Positions 47,468 to 61,725 of a stretch of 64,000 nucleotides of DNA are shown one piece after another. Every line of letters begins with the position of its first letter. Position 1 is the stretch's first letter. The notes beneath the pieces are model-generated. The model ran no database searches, was not told the origin of the DNA, and worked only from the letters and a program-made list of their open reading frames with translations. The translations under genes and the position numbers were made by a program. Source of the stretch: the human T2T-CHM13v2.0 reference genome, Homo sapiens; NCBI RefSeq assembly GCF_009914755.1, contig NC_060937.1. One strand, given 5' to 3'.

Positions 47468-50400
47468 GTAAGTTATACCTGATTGGTTTCCCTGAAATAA
47501 ACCTTCTACTGTCATTCGTATGAAATACGTTTTATAAGAAAGCTGCTTATGAAAACGACATTCCCTAGTATCTGGGATTGTTGGTTTATTGCATACTTCT
47601 CATTATAAAATGGTTGAACCTTAGCTTTCTCTGAAAGCTTATTGATAATGTTACTTTTAAAAAATGGTCTGAAATTTTGATGTAAGTTGCTTGCATACTA
47701 AGAATAGGACTAGCTCTGAAAAATTATAATTAACTTTATCTTGTATCAACTACTCCTCTCTTAGTATTCCTTGCTCCATTTGCAGGTACTAAAAATTTGT
47801 TATTATTAATGTTCCTTACATTATGGATGAAAGGGATTAATTCATTAGGTGTTACTGACAATTACTTTTGGAGGAGGGGCAATTAAAGAATAATCTGCAT
47901 TTTAAAAAATACAGGTATCTATGGGAATTTGAGTTAGAAAGATAGCTTAATAAAGCTAAAGGGAAAAGATGAAGAGGTTTCATGGAACCCTCCAATCTTA
48001 TGATCAGTTACTCCAGGCAAATAAAAATAAGATTGGCCTTTTCAAAAATTGCATAGAAACATATATGGTGTTTCACATCAGATTCAATGCTGACAGCATC
48101 TCTTAACATGGTTATTATAAACCAGCCACTTTGAATTCTGTTTTTCTTGTTTTAGTTGATGATTCTTATCTAGTTGTTGATTGTATATGAAATGTAGAAG
48201 AAAGTTTATATTTTAAATTTATATTTAACAGTAAATTGAATGGCATGCTTTGTACTTTAGAACATGATTAAAATATATTTAGGTTATATAACATAATGCT
48301 ATATGTTAGGAATGTACAATAGAAAAATCATCACTCTGTTTAATATATATTAGTTATAAAATGCTAGGAAAATTCCAAACATACCAACAGAAAAATAGGC
48401 AATGGACACAAGGCAACAAACATGATAAAAATTCAGTATCCCTAGTAGTCAACAGAATGCAGATTAACACAGGAGTGAGAGATTTTTCACTATTAAATAA
48501 ACTAAAAATTTTAAAATGATAATACCTAGCATTGTCTGGGTGCAGTGAAAGCTGCTCTGTCAAATATCACTGGTGTTTGAGCTTTCGAATAGCTCTTTGC
48601 CAATATGGTTAAAACTCTTACAAATCTTGATGTCCCAATGAACCACTAGAACCCAGTCGTTCTAGTCAGAATTTGTTTAACTTAATGTTTTCATCAGAGA
48701 TATCTACAGGAAATTTGGCAGCATTATAAATATCCAGTAATAGAATTTTGGCCTAAAAATTCTTGGCGTAGTCATTCAGCAGTGACCTATTCAGCCTTTA
48801 AGCATATATTTTTGAAGGAAATTTAATGACAACGGAAAATGATCATGATATATTTTAAGAGAAAGCAACAGCATGTAGAAGTACTTACATTAACAAGTAT
48901 TACATATGTATACTGATTGTATGTACATACATACGTGCATCTTTATTTTTAAAAAAAGACTGAAAAAATATACCAGTATTCCACCAATGATTATGTCTAG
49001 GTAAACAGATTTTATTTATCCTTTTATGCTTTTTTGTAGTTTTAAATTTTTTATAATAAACCTATATTGTTTTTATAATTAATAAATAATGAAGGTTTTT
49101 TTAAAAAGGGAGACTACATTAAAGTATAAAAACCACAATGTAAGAACTCACTGTAATCTAAACTCTAACCTAGACTTGGAAAGAAGATACCATTCTTACT
49201 GACAGTTTAACCATTTAGAAATGGGAATAGTCATCCTGAAAAAATGTGTTGTGAAAAGGATTTTTTTTAATGAATGAATGATTAAAAACATGGAGCTCAT
49301 CTTCATCTCCAAAGGCACAGTCAGACGTAATATATAACATACCGGAGGAGTTTCTATTAAGGGTGACATAGTGTTTAAATTGTTAGTAAATTTTGAATTA
49401 GGTTATATGGTAAATGATGATCATTTCCCTTAAATTCATGGATATTTTATAAATATGTTGGATAACCCAGCAGTGGTTGTATCTGTGAAATATGGTGATG
49501 AAAAGAGAATGCTTTGGAAAGATCTGGGTTTGAATTCTGACTCTACCTTATACCAGTTGTGTGGTCTCAGTGTTTCTGAGTCTTAACTTTTTCTTAACCC
49601 TTAACTGGAAACTTAGGATAATATGTATTTAGTGCTTGATACATAATATAAACCCAATTAACACAAGTTATATTACCTTGATGTTGTTCGGAAGGTACAC
49701 CATGGCAACACTTAAAGCAGACCGGAGAAACATTATATAGCTCATGTCTTCTCAGTAATAAAATACCTGAGCAAGTCAATTAATTTGTATAAAAATTTAG
49801 TCATTCCCCAGATGTTTAGCCTCTATGTATACTGAGCTTCATTTCCAAAGACAGAACTGGGAATAAGAAGCACAACTGACTAGGAGATCTGGGTTAAAAA
49901 AAAATAAAAAATAAAAAATAAAAAAAAAAGCTAACTCTTTTCATGCCATATATAAAGGAGGTTTTCGTGTAGCTATGACAGCAGTTTAGTGTCTGTTATT
50001 TACAGCGCTGCCACTGTGTAGTTGGCATTCATTCATTCATTCCACACATATTTGTTGAATGCCTTCTGATTGCCTGGTACTGAGTTTCTAGTGTTAGAAA
50101 TAGAAGTATTATGGGATATTATGGTCTGTCACAGCTTGAGCAATGTGTGAATCTGTTCTTGGTTGGTATCTTTTCTTAATCTGATTGTGCTTCATTTTCC
50201 TTTGTAATAACTGCTTAGGCATTTGATTTCTTCACTTCTCTCTGTGTTTATTGTATCATCATTGTAGTGCAAGGAATATGCATTTTAAACAGTTTGTAAG
50301 ACAAAGTATCTCTAGAAAAGCTATAACCCACAATGTATGAAATAGTAAATTAGGAATAATTCAGAACAGATTTTGTGTATTTTGGTCATTTTCCCCATTA

Positions 50401-51029
50401 GCCAGACTGTTTTACAATATTAAATCATCAGTAAATATGTCTTATTTGCTTTTTGCCTGCAAATGCACATAAATTATGAATCTTGTTTGCATTGTGCTTA
50501 GATGAAGTAATAAATATAAAGTGCCTGTTAATCGAGTTACTAGAATTTATTACTTGCTTGTTTTCCTTATTTCTTATTCTGCCTCTTATCTGTGGGCCAC
50601 AGTAACTGCTTTCAGTTTGGTTTGAAAGTATCAGTTTTACCTAGCTTATAAAAGAAGTTTAATAAAGATTTACATTTTATTCCTTAGATATACTCTAGTA
50701 TATTAGAGGTCATATAATTTAGACTTGATACTTATTGTTTCCCTGAAATAAGTTTATCTAGGCTTTTTGAATAGAGCTCTCAAGGTTACATGCAGCTTGT
50801 TATATTTTTGGAAAGCATACTTATTTTAAAGTTATCTCTCTACCATACCACAGCCGTTGTTTTAACTATCATTGCTTTCTGCCTTGGCCAGTTTTTTTCA
50901 AACCTTTTACCATTTGCTGTTCTCCTCTGGAAGAACTCCATTTTATCTTTGAGTTTGGAAATGAGGAGCGTGAAATATTGGCAGTGTTTTAGAGGTCATT
51001 TTTCCTGTGCAGAATAATGGACTATTATT

Positions 51030-52131
51030 TCTTTTAAAAAATGTTCTATTTCCATAGGTTTTTGGGAAATAGTAGTATTTGAATACACGAGTAAGTTCTT
51101 TAGTGGCGATTTGTGAGACTTTGATGCACCCATCACCTGATCAATATACACTGACCCCAATTTGTAGTCTTTTATCTGTCACCCACTTCCCACACTTTTC
51201 CCTTCTAGTCCCCAAAGTCCATTGTATCATTCTTATGCCTTTGCATCATAGCTTAGCTTCCACTTATGAGTGAGAACATATGATGGTTTTCCATTCCTGA
51301 GTTACTTACTTCACTTAGAATAATAGTCTCCAGTCCCATCCAGGTTGCTGCGAATGCCATTATTCCATTACTTTTTGTGGCTGAGTAGCATGACATAGTG
51401 TATATATATACCACAGTTTCTTTATCCACTCATTGATTGATGGGCATTTGTGCTGGTTCCACATTTTTGCAATTGAAAATTGTGCTGCTATAAACATGCA
51501 TGTGCAAGTATCTTTTTCATATACTGACTTCTTTTCCTCTGGGTAAATACCCAGTAGTGGGATTCCGGGATCAAATGATAATTCTTTTAGTTCTTTAAGG
51601 AATCTGCACACTGTTTTCCACGGTGGTTGTACTAGTTTTCATTCCCACCAGCAGTGTAGAAGTGTTTCCTTTTCACCCCATCTGTGCTAATAACTATTAT
51701 TTTTTTATTATGGCCATTCTTGTGAGAGTAAGGTGGTATCACATTGTGGTTTTGATTTGCATTTCCCTGATAATTACTGATGTTGAGCATTTTTCATATA
51801 TTTGTTGTTGGCTATTTGTATATATTCTTTTGAGAATTGTCTGTTTATGTCTTTAGTCCACTTTTGGATGAGTTTTTTTTTTTTGCTAATTTGTTTGAGT
51901 TCCTTGTAGATTGTGGCTATTAGTTCTTTGTCGGATGAATAGATTGTGAAGAATTTCTCCCACTCTGTGAGTTGTCTGTTTATTCTGCTAACTGATCTTT
52001 TTGCTATGCAGAAGCTCTTTAGTTTAATTAAGTCCTGCCTATTTATCTTTGTTTTTGTTGCATTTGCTTTTGGGTTCTTGGTCATGAAATCTTTGCCTAA
52101 GCCAATGTCTAGAAGGGTTTGTCAAATGTTA
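51030..52131 (-). mobile_element. 5'-truncated L1 (L1PB-like 3' end with ORF2 C-terminus)
   Basis: ORFs 51360..51611 and 51774..52085 are L1 ORF2 C-terminal ([12 protein letters not shown]; [24 protein letters not shown]). Confidence 0.9.
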
Positions 52132-52723
52132 CCTGTTTATACGATCAAAGATTGAATTAGCTTTTTCTTATGCTGCCATAATCATACTTCTGGCTCATAT
52201 TGAGCTTATGTAAATTCATGTTTTCTGCTCCCCCATTGTTTATTTCTCCTCTATTTTGTATTCATATAGTCTCTTGTTCCAGTTACACTAGGATTTTATA
52301 TGTATTTCAGTTGGAGTTTTATCCTACTAATTTTATTCAGTTATAGTATATAAAACCCTTGATTTTTTTAAAATCCAGGACATTATTCTTTTCAACTTTG
52401 TGCCATCTACATATTTTATAAGCACACATACTATGTTGTTATGTAAGTAGTAGATAATAATGGACAAAAATGGACAAAGAATAAAATTTTAATATTCTAG
52501 TTTTTGGAAATTACATTCCAACCTGTAGATGATATATTTTAGGAGTTTTATATTTATAGTTAAATAATACTTATTAAATAAATATATATATTTAGCAGGT
52601 TTTCATAAAAGTTACATATCATATTTTGCCTCCATAAAGATAATAAAATAGCAGTTTCTAGTGCTTTAAGAACTTATACTTCAAAAAGTTTGAGTGTTAA
52701 AACTGTCTTTTCATTTTTCATAG

Positions 52724-52892
52724 GATGATAGCAAACAAGCACAGTTCTTAGCTCTGGCTGTTGTTTACTTCATTTCGGTTCTGATGGTTTCCAAGTATCG
52801 TGACATATTAGAACCCCAGAGAGAGACTACAAGAACTGGAAGCCAACCAGGTAGAAACATCAGGCAAGAAATAAATTCACCAACAAGTACAG
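52724..52892 (+). CDS. NBEA: NBEA coding exon, 169 nt ([31 protein letters not shown]...INSPTST)
   Basis: Acceptor tcatttttcatAG, donor ACAG|gtactt; phase 0 to 1. Confidence 0.95.
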
Positions 52893-54339
52893 GTACTTAA
52901 CATTGTATAATTATTTGAATTTTCACCATGATGTATCTCCTTTTTTTCACCTTTACATCTAGATTTAAACTGGACCTCTTCATAATCACCTCAAATATTT
53001 ATGAATGGTTGGTATAGAAATGCTAATTTAGTATTCCTTAATTCAACAAAAATGTATGAATGGTATTTTTATATAGTTGCTACATTCTCATTTTATCAGT
53101 ATAGCTTTGGTTTCAGTGTTTCTCATTTATTAATACAAATCATTAATTTATACCACTATTTAATATGCAAGTAACTCATATATTGTTAAATATATTACTT
53201 TTTTAACATTTATAAACATGAAAGTAGAAAGTCATTATAGAGTTGTTCAATGCCAAGGGTAAGCCAAAATACAAATCTTTGTAGCCAAGCTCAAAAGTTG
53301 GATTTTTTTCTTTTTTAGCTGTATACAGTTAATTCAGTATCTAAATATTCTATCAGTGATTTATAATCAAACATGTGTTCTAAACTTTATACCAAAGTGG
53401 CCTCAACTAAAATCAAAGACTTGTGGAAAGTTAACATGGACAACAATGAACCACCTTGGGTCATGCTGCCTTTTTTCATTTGCAAAAAATGCTCATGTTG
53501 CAGCAGTTCTTGCATTACTAGCTTTGCCCACTCTACTTGAACAGCATAAACACAGTTTCTGGCAACTAACATTTTAATATTGGACACCTTCTATCATTAT
53601 CATTTCCTTCCAGGTGTTTATATCAAGGTTGTTTCTCTATTGTTTGCAGTGAAACCTTGATAACCTAATGGTTATTTCATGTACCACTGGATTAATTTGT
53701 AGTTGAAATTTTCTTTCCTAAATAAATGCATATGATTTATAAATAAAATGGATATTTCAAAAAGTGAGTAGAAATTAGTGGTCAAATCTCTGCATCTTGT
53801 TTTTCATAAGCATATCCTATTTCATATACCTTTTATTGATGTCATGGAGATATGGATTATGTTTTAGCTACAGTATTTTGCTGTTGCATGATACATGTAC
53901 TTTTAACACACAAACATGAGAATATTTCATTATAATATACTTTTGCTTTTAATTTTATTATTCAAATTAAACATCATCCTACCATTCCAGTTCATGTTTT
54001 TTCACCATTTAAAACACTAAGACTTATCATTTTCTTTTTCTTCATTTTTAATGCTTTTATATCCATTATATGTACAAAAAGTAATAGTATAGTGAACCTT
54101 CTAGTTCTGAGTTTCTTGTGTATTTGTATGTCTCTGTGTATGTTGCTAGAATTACTCTACTTAACAAATGTATTATTTTCTTTCTCTTAATACATAAACT
54201 CTTTTCTTCAGAGATGCATTCGTTATTGCTAGTATTGTTTGCATGTTGCAGTAATACAGAATTGTCATGGATCTTCAGTGGACCATGTGGCAGGTTGTTA
54301 CATGCTGGCTCAAATTTGATTCCATGATTTTCTCCACAG

Positions 54340-54435
54340 TTGTGGTCATACCATCTATCCCTCATCCAAGTTTGAACCATGGATTCCTTGCCAAGTTAAT
54401 TCCTGAGCAGAGCTTTGGCCACTCATTTTACAAAG
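54340..54435 (+). CDS. NBEA: NBEA coding exon, 96 nt, phase-symmetric (VVVIPSIPHPSLNHGFLAKLIPEQSFGHSFYK)
   Basis: Acceptor ttttctccacAG, donor AAAG|gtaata; phase 1 to 1, in frame with the previous exon. Confidence 0.88.
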
Positions 54436-54689
54436 GTAATACTGACCTCATCTCCTGACCTGTTTGGGTATTCTTATTTCATGAATTGTTTTAAAATAAA
54501 TATTCATGATATACTTGTTTATAAATAAGTATATACCTCAGGTTTCATGGAGATATGATATGTTGTATTTATACCTAGCTATTGAGAGCGAAGTATAGCT
54601 TTTATATTTGTATTTTATTACATTTCTTTAAGTATCATCTATAAATTAAGGATACCTAATTATATGTATATTAATATGCATAGTGGTAG

Positions 54690-55222
54690 CACTCAGGAGA
54701 GATCTCAGGAGAGTCACAGTTTAGTAGTGGGACTAAATGAGCCTAATATAAAGGCTACTCTAGAATAAACCTTAAAAACATGCCTTGAAAGCATCAAACT
54801 GATCTATACGTTATTTAACTTCCAGTTAGAACAAAGCCCCAACACTGTAAAGGAATGCGAAAAGTCCATATGAAAAACCATAAAATTAAATATTAGACAT
54901 CCAACAAAAATTATTAAACATGCAAAGAAGGAGAAAAATGTGATGCATAAGCAAAAGAAAAAAAATCAGTGAATAGAAACAGATTTTGAGACAACAGAAA
55001 TGGCAGAACTATCAGATACGGACATTATAGAAGCCATTACATGTATATTCAAGATGTTTTTCAATGTAATGGAAAAAGTTAACATATTGAAGAGAGAAAT
55101 GGAAGATATAAAGAAAAAAATGACAATTTTAGAGATGAAAAATACAATAGCCAAAATGATAATATCTCTGTGTAGGAGTAACATGAGATTACTGACTTCA
55201 GAACAAAGGATTTATAAGAGGT
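54690..55222 (+). mobile_element. Old L1M 5'/ORF1 fragment
   Basis: ORF 55000..55224 resembles the ORF1p coiled coil (EMEDIKKKMTILEMKNTI). Confidence 0.6.
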
Positions 55223-55228
55223 AGAATT

Positions 55229-55670
55229 CTGTGATAGCTCCAAGATTTTCCTGTGTACGCACTCTGCAAAATTCCTGGGATGATAAATATGATGGTGTTT
55301 ACTCCTGTGATTAGGTTATGCTGTATGGCACATTGGCCTTTAAGAAATGGTGATTATCCAGGTGGGCTTGACCTAATCGCATGAGCTCTGTAAAAGAAGA
55401 GAGTTTCCTCCTCTGGTCACAGAACAGGAAGTCCGAGAGACTTGAAATGTGAGAGAAATTTGACATGAAGGAGGATCTTTATTGCTTAGATGGAGGTGAC
55501 CATCTTATTGCTTAGATGGAGGAGCAAGGACCTGAGAAAACCACATAGCTAATAGCACTCACCAGCTGACAGCCAGCAAGAAAGTGGGGACTTTAGTCCT
55601 ACAGCAGGAAGGAACTGAATTCTGCCAATAATTGAATGAGTTTTGAAGAGGACCCTGTGCTCCAGGTGAT
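55229..55670 (+). mobile_element. MaLR MLT1 LTR
   Basis: gattatccaggtgggcttgacctaatc..cagctgacagccagcaagaaagtggggact..gaactgaattctgccaa. Confidence 0.8.
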
Positions 55671-55679
55671 ACAATACTT

Positions 55680-57555
<1,876 letters not shown>

Positions 57556-57559
57556 TTTC

Positions 57560-58500
57560 TGGACTACTCTTCAGCTCCTTCACACCCCACTCCCTTCTTT
57601 CAGCTCCTTTTTGAGACTTTAAGAAAACTCTGAATTAGCTCTCTGGTCTCTCTCTTTAAATTTTGATGTAATCCCTTAGTTCAGACTCAAATCCCTTCTT
57701 GAAGTATTGCCATAGTTTCTTCATTGGACTCTTAGTTTCTAGGCTTTCTCTCGGTTTATTACTGACAATTTTGGAAATAACACTAATATATAATACAACA
57801 TAGTAACAGTAAGTATAATTTATGTACCATTTTAATATAATAAATATTTTATAATATATAATAACTATAATAAAGTAATTTTTCTTCCTAAAATTCTCAA
57901 AAGGCTCCCTGTAATTTTTGGGACAAAGTTAAAATGCCTTAACATGGCAAAACTATTCTAATTCTGACTTGACTCAATTACAATAATCATCTCCAAAGTG
58001 GGTTCCTTACTTCTCTTACTGATCGTTATTCTTTTATTTTTACAGTTTTGCTGCCTATTTCATGGTTTTAAAAGATAAAGCAGATTATGTCCTTTCTTGA
58101 CATAAAATTTCTAGTAGTATTTAGAGTAACATTTCACAAGGGCCCTAGATAAGATGACTATTGACTACGTTTCCAACTTTATCTCATGCTATTCTTTCTT
58201 TTGCTCACTATGAAACCATCAGACTACCTTCTAGTTTTTTAATCATGCCAAGCATTTTCATGCCTCAGGATGTTTGTATTTTGTTCCTGGCTTTTGGCTC
58301 TTTTCCCTGTTTTCTGTGTGACTGGTACCTACTCATTCTTCAGGTCACCTCCTCCGAGAGGCCTTCCCTTACTCCTGTAACTGAGTAGCTTCCTTTCCAT
58401 TATTATTCTTTCTCATATCATCTTGTTTTATTTCCTTTCTTCTATTCAGTGCTTTGTTTAATCGTTTATTAGAATGTATGCTTCAAGAGGGTAATCATAA
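57560..58500 (-). mobile_element. L2 fragments
   Basis: aaggctccc..aaatgccttaacatggc; caggtcacctcctccgagaggccttccct. Confidence 0.55.
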
Positions 58501-58504
58501 CTAA

Positions 58505-59815
58505 CTTTTTTTTAGTTTATGTATTTATGGTGTACAATGTGATATACTGATATTTGTATGCATTAGGGAATGATTAAGTCAAGCTAATTAATGTCTTCAT
58601 CACCTCACGTATCATTTTTTTTTTTTTTGTGGTAAGAATGTTTAAAGTTTATTCTCAGCAGTTTTCAAGTACTGATACATTATTAACTATAGTCACCATG
58701 CTGGAAAATAGATCACCAGCATTGATTCCGTCTCTGTAACTGAAACATTGGTCCTTTTGGTGAACATCTTCCCAGTCCCTAGTAACCACTATTCTACTCT
58801 TTACTTCTGTGAGTTCAACTTTTTAAGATTCCCTATATAAGTAAAATTATACCTATATTTGTCTTTTTATGTCTGACTTAATTTAATGCAGTATTCTCCA
58901 GATTCATCCATGTTGTCATAAATGACAGGAGTTTCTTTTTTTATGGGTGAATAGTGTTCCATTGTGTATATACATTTTATTTATTCATTCATCTCTTCGT
59001 CAATAGACACTTGATTCCATATTTTGACTATTGTGAATAATGCTGCAATGAACATTGGGGTGCACATACCTCTTTCAAATACTGATTTCATATCACTTGG
59101 ATATATACCCTGAAGTGGAATTATTGAATCGTATGGTAGTTCTGTTTTTAATTGTTTGAAGAATCTCAATACCATTTTCCATAATAGCTGTCCTAATTTT
59201 CATTCCTATCAACAGTGTGCAAGGGTTCCCTTTTCTTCACATCTTCTCCAACACCTATATTTTACTTTTTGTTTTTTTTTTTTTTTTTGGTTGTTTTTTT
59301 TTGAGATGGAGTCTCACTTTGTCACCCTGGCTTGAGTGCAGTGGTGCGATCCTGGCTCACTGCAACCTCCACCTCCCGGGTTCAAGTGATTGTACCGCTC
59401 AGCTTCCTGAGTAGCTTGGATTACAGGCACGCCCCACCATGCTGGGCTAATTTTTGTATTTTTAGTAGAGACGAGGTTTCACCATCTTGGCCAGGCTGGG
59501 CTTGAACTCCCCACCCCAAGTGATCCACCTGCCTGTGCCTCCCAAAGTGCTGTGATTACAGATGTGAGCCACTGCACCTGGCCACATTTTCAATAATAGC
59601 CATCCTGTGTGAGGTGATATTTCTTTGCAGTTTTAATTTGTATTCCTCTAATAATTAGCGAAGTTGAGCATTTTTTATATACCTGTTAGCTGTTTGTCTT
59701 CTTTTGAGAAATGTCTATTCAAGTTATTTGCCTATGCTTTAATTGGGTTATTTGTTTTGTTGCTGTTGAGCTGAGTTCCTTATATATTTTGGATATTAAA
59801 CCTTTATCAGATATA
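58505..59815 (-). mobile_element. L1MA-like 3' end, interrupted by an Alu
   Basis: ORF 58981..59175 ([27 protein letters not shown]) is L1 ORF2 C-terminus; L1MA-type 3' UTR. Confidence 0.85.
59262..59583 (-). mobile_element. Alu (AluS)
   Basis: T-rich tail followed by antisense Alu. Confidence 0.95.
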
Positions 59816-60049
59816 TAATTATATATGTTGGCATTTTATTATTAGTATTATTGGTTGCCTCTATTCCATTATAAAAGTGCATGATACATTTTAATAGGAT
59901 TTATGAGAAGAAAAGGAAAAAGAGTAAAAACAAGCTAGGGCAAGAGAAAAGCAAAATACATATATATGAATATATTGTAAGCTCTAGTCGATAATTTATT
60001 TAAAATATAAAAATTATAACTACATTAAAATTTGAGTTCTAAACATTAC

Positions 60050-61725
60050 TTGTAAGTGGAACTTCGGGAAGAGCAAAGTAAGAACCTCCAAAATACTGCT
60101 TTTCTAAAAGTAGTATTTTCAAAATACTACTTTTTTTATGTTATTTAAAATAAGAACACTGGCAAAAACTGTCAAAATCAACTTTTTCAGTTCTTTGGAA
60201 AGCAATCAGAGGTTTACAACAACCCAGAGGCTGTTAATTCAAGAAAAACTCTAGACCTTTATAAGAACAGCAAGATTTAGAGTGATTTAACTCACCCTGT
60301 TGCCATCTACCTTTCCTCAGCTCTGTGGTAGCTTTGAAAACCAGAGGCCAGACACCAGTGGTAGTTTTGAAAACCAGTAGTCTAGCAGCCACTGAGGATA
60401 GGAGTGGGAGTAGGTTAGGTTTAGAATTTCTTAGAAAGTCTCGACCTTAGAGCATTATAACTATTTGAACTGTATGGAATCTTCCTGGAAAACTCCATTC
60501 ACAGGGCTTATTATTATTTGACCTAATCTAGAGCTTGTTTAGTGAGAAAAGCCTGTCTCCAAGGTATTTGTTGAAAATAATCAGCTTTTTTCTTTAATGT
60601 TGCAACTGCTCGAAGTGACAGTGCCAGTTGGGGCAAACAAGAACCTTGCCTAAAAGCTTAAACAGATGTGAGAATGAGATATCCATATTCCCAGGGCTGT
60701 CCTCAGGCCCAGGGAAGACCTGAGAAGGCCTCAGTCTCTCACCTTTGGCTGACCTTGAGGCCCAGCACAAGAAGGAAGCGCAGGCTAAGAGAGAGTTTTA
60801 AACCATGAGAACATTGCAAGCATACCCAAACACACACACACAGAGCCTGTGGCAAAGGGTGGAACATTTATTGGTTCAAGACATTTAAGACAATGTCTGT
60901 GCAATCATTAGCTGACCACTAGGTTAACTGAGCAGAGACTTAAGTGGCTGCAGATGATGGAAAACAGATTTTACAGAATTAGTTCAGGAAAATGAATAAA
61001 CAGAACAAGAACAAACTGTAGGTGGGGTCAGATTTTCATGATTGCCACATTATGTTATTTAAAATATCCAGTTTACAACAAAAAGAATTATGAGACAAGC
61101 AAAGAAATAGGAAAGTATGGTCAATACACAGGGGGAACAAAGCAGTTGATATAAAATGCCCCTGAGGAAGCCCAGATACAGAACTTACTAGACGGACACT
61201 TTAAACCAGCTATTTTACATATGCTCAAGTAATTACAGGAAGCATTTTCTAAAGAACTAAAGGTATAAGAGCGATATCTCACCAAAAGGAGGATACCAAT
61301 AAAGATATATGTAATAAAGAACCAAATAGAAATTCTGGAGTTGAAAATTGTAATAACTGAAATGAAAAATTCACTTAGAGGGGTTCAGCAGAAGATCTGA
61401 GCTGGCAGGAAAAGAATCAGCAACATGAAGATAGTTCAATTGTGTTTATCCTACGCTGGGGAACAGAACAAAGAAAGAATGAAGAAAAGTGAACAGAGCC
61501 TCACAGACCTTTGTGACACTATTAAGTTGAACCAACATATGTATACTGGGAGTCCCAGAGGAAAGAAGAGAAAAAGAAAGGAGCAGAAAGAAAATTTGAA
61601 GAAATATTGGCCTGAAAACTCCCTACAGTTGATGAAAATCATTAATATATATGTCTAAAAAGCTCAATGCACTCCAAGTAGGATAAACTCAAGAGAGACC
61701 CACATGTTGACACAGCGTAGTCAAA
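60050..61725 (+). mobile_element. Old L1M 5' UTR/ORF1 fragment
   Basis: ORF1-like text (aaagaaccaaatagaaattctggagttgaaa; SEQSLTDLCDTIK; aagctcaatgcactccaagtaggataaac). Confidence 0.75.

Noticed and set aside
54212-54327. Upstream alternative acceptor (cttttcttcAG at 54211) and ORF 54118..54327
   Set aside because: Leads to an in-frame stop before the exon, has no convincing donor and no recognisable homology; unsupported without RNA data.
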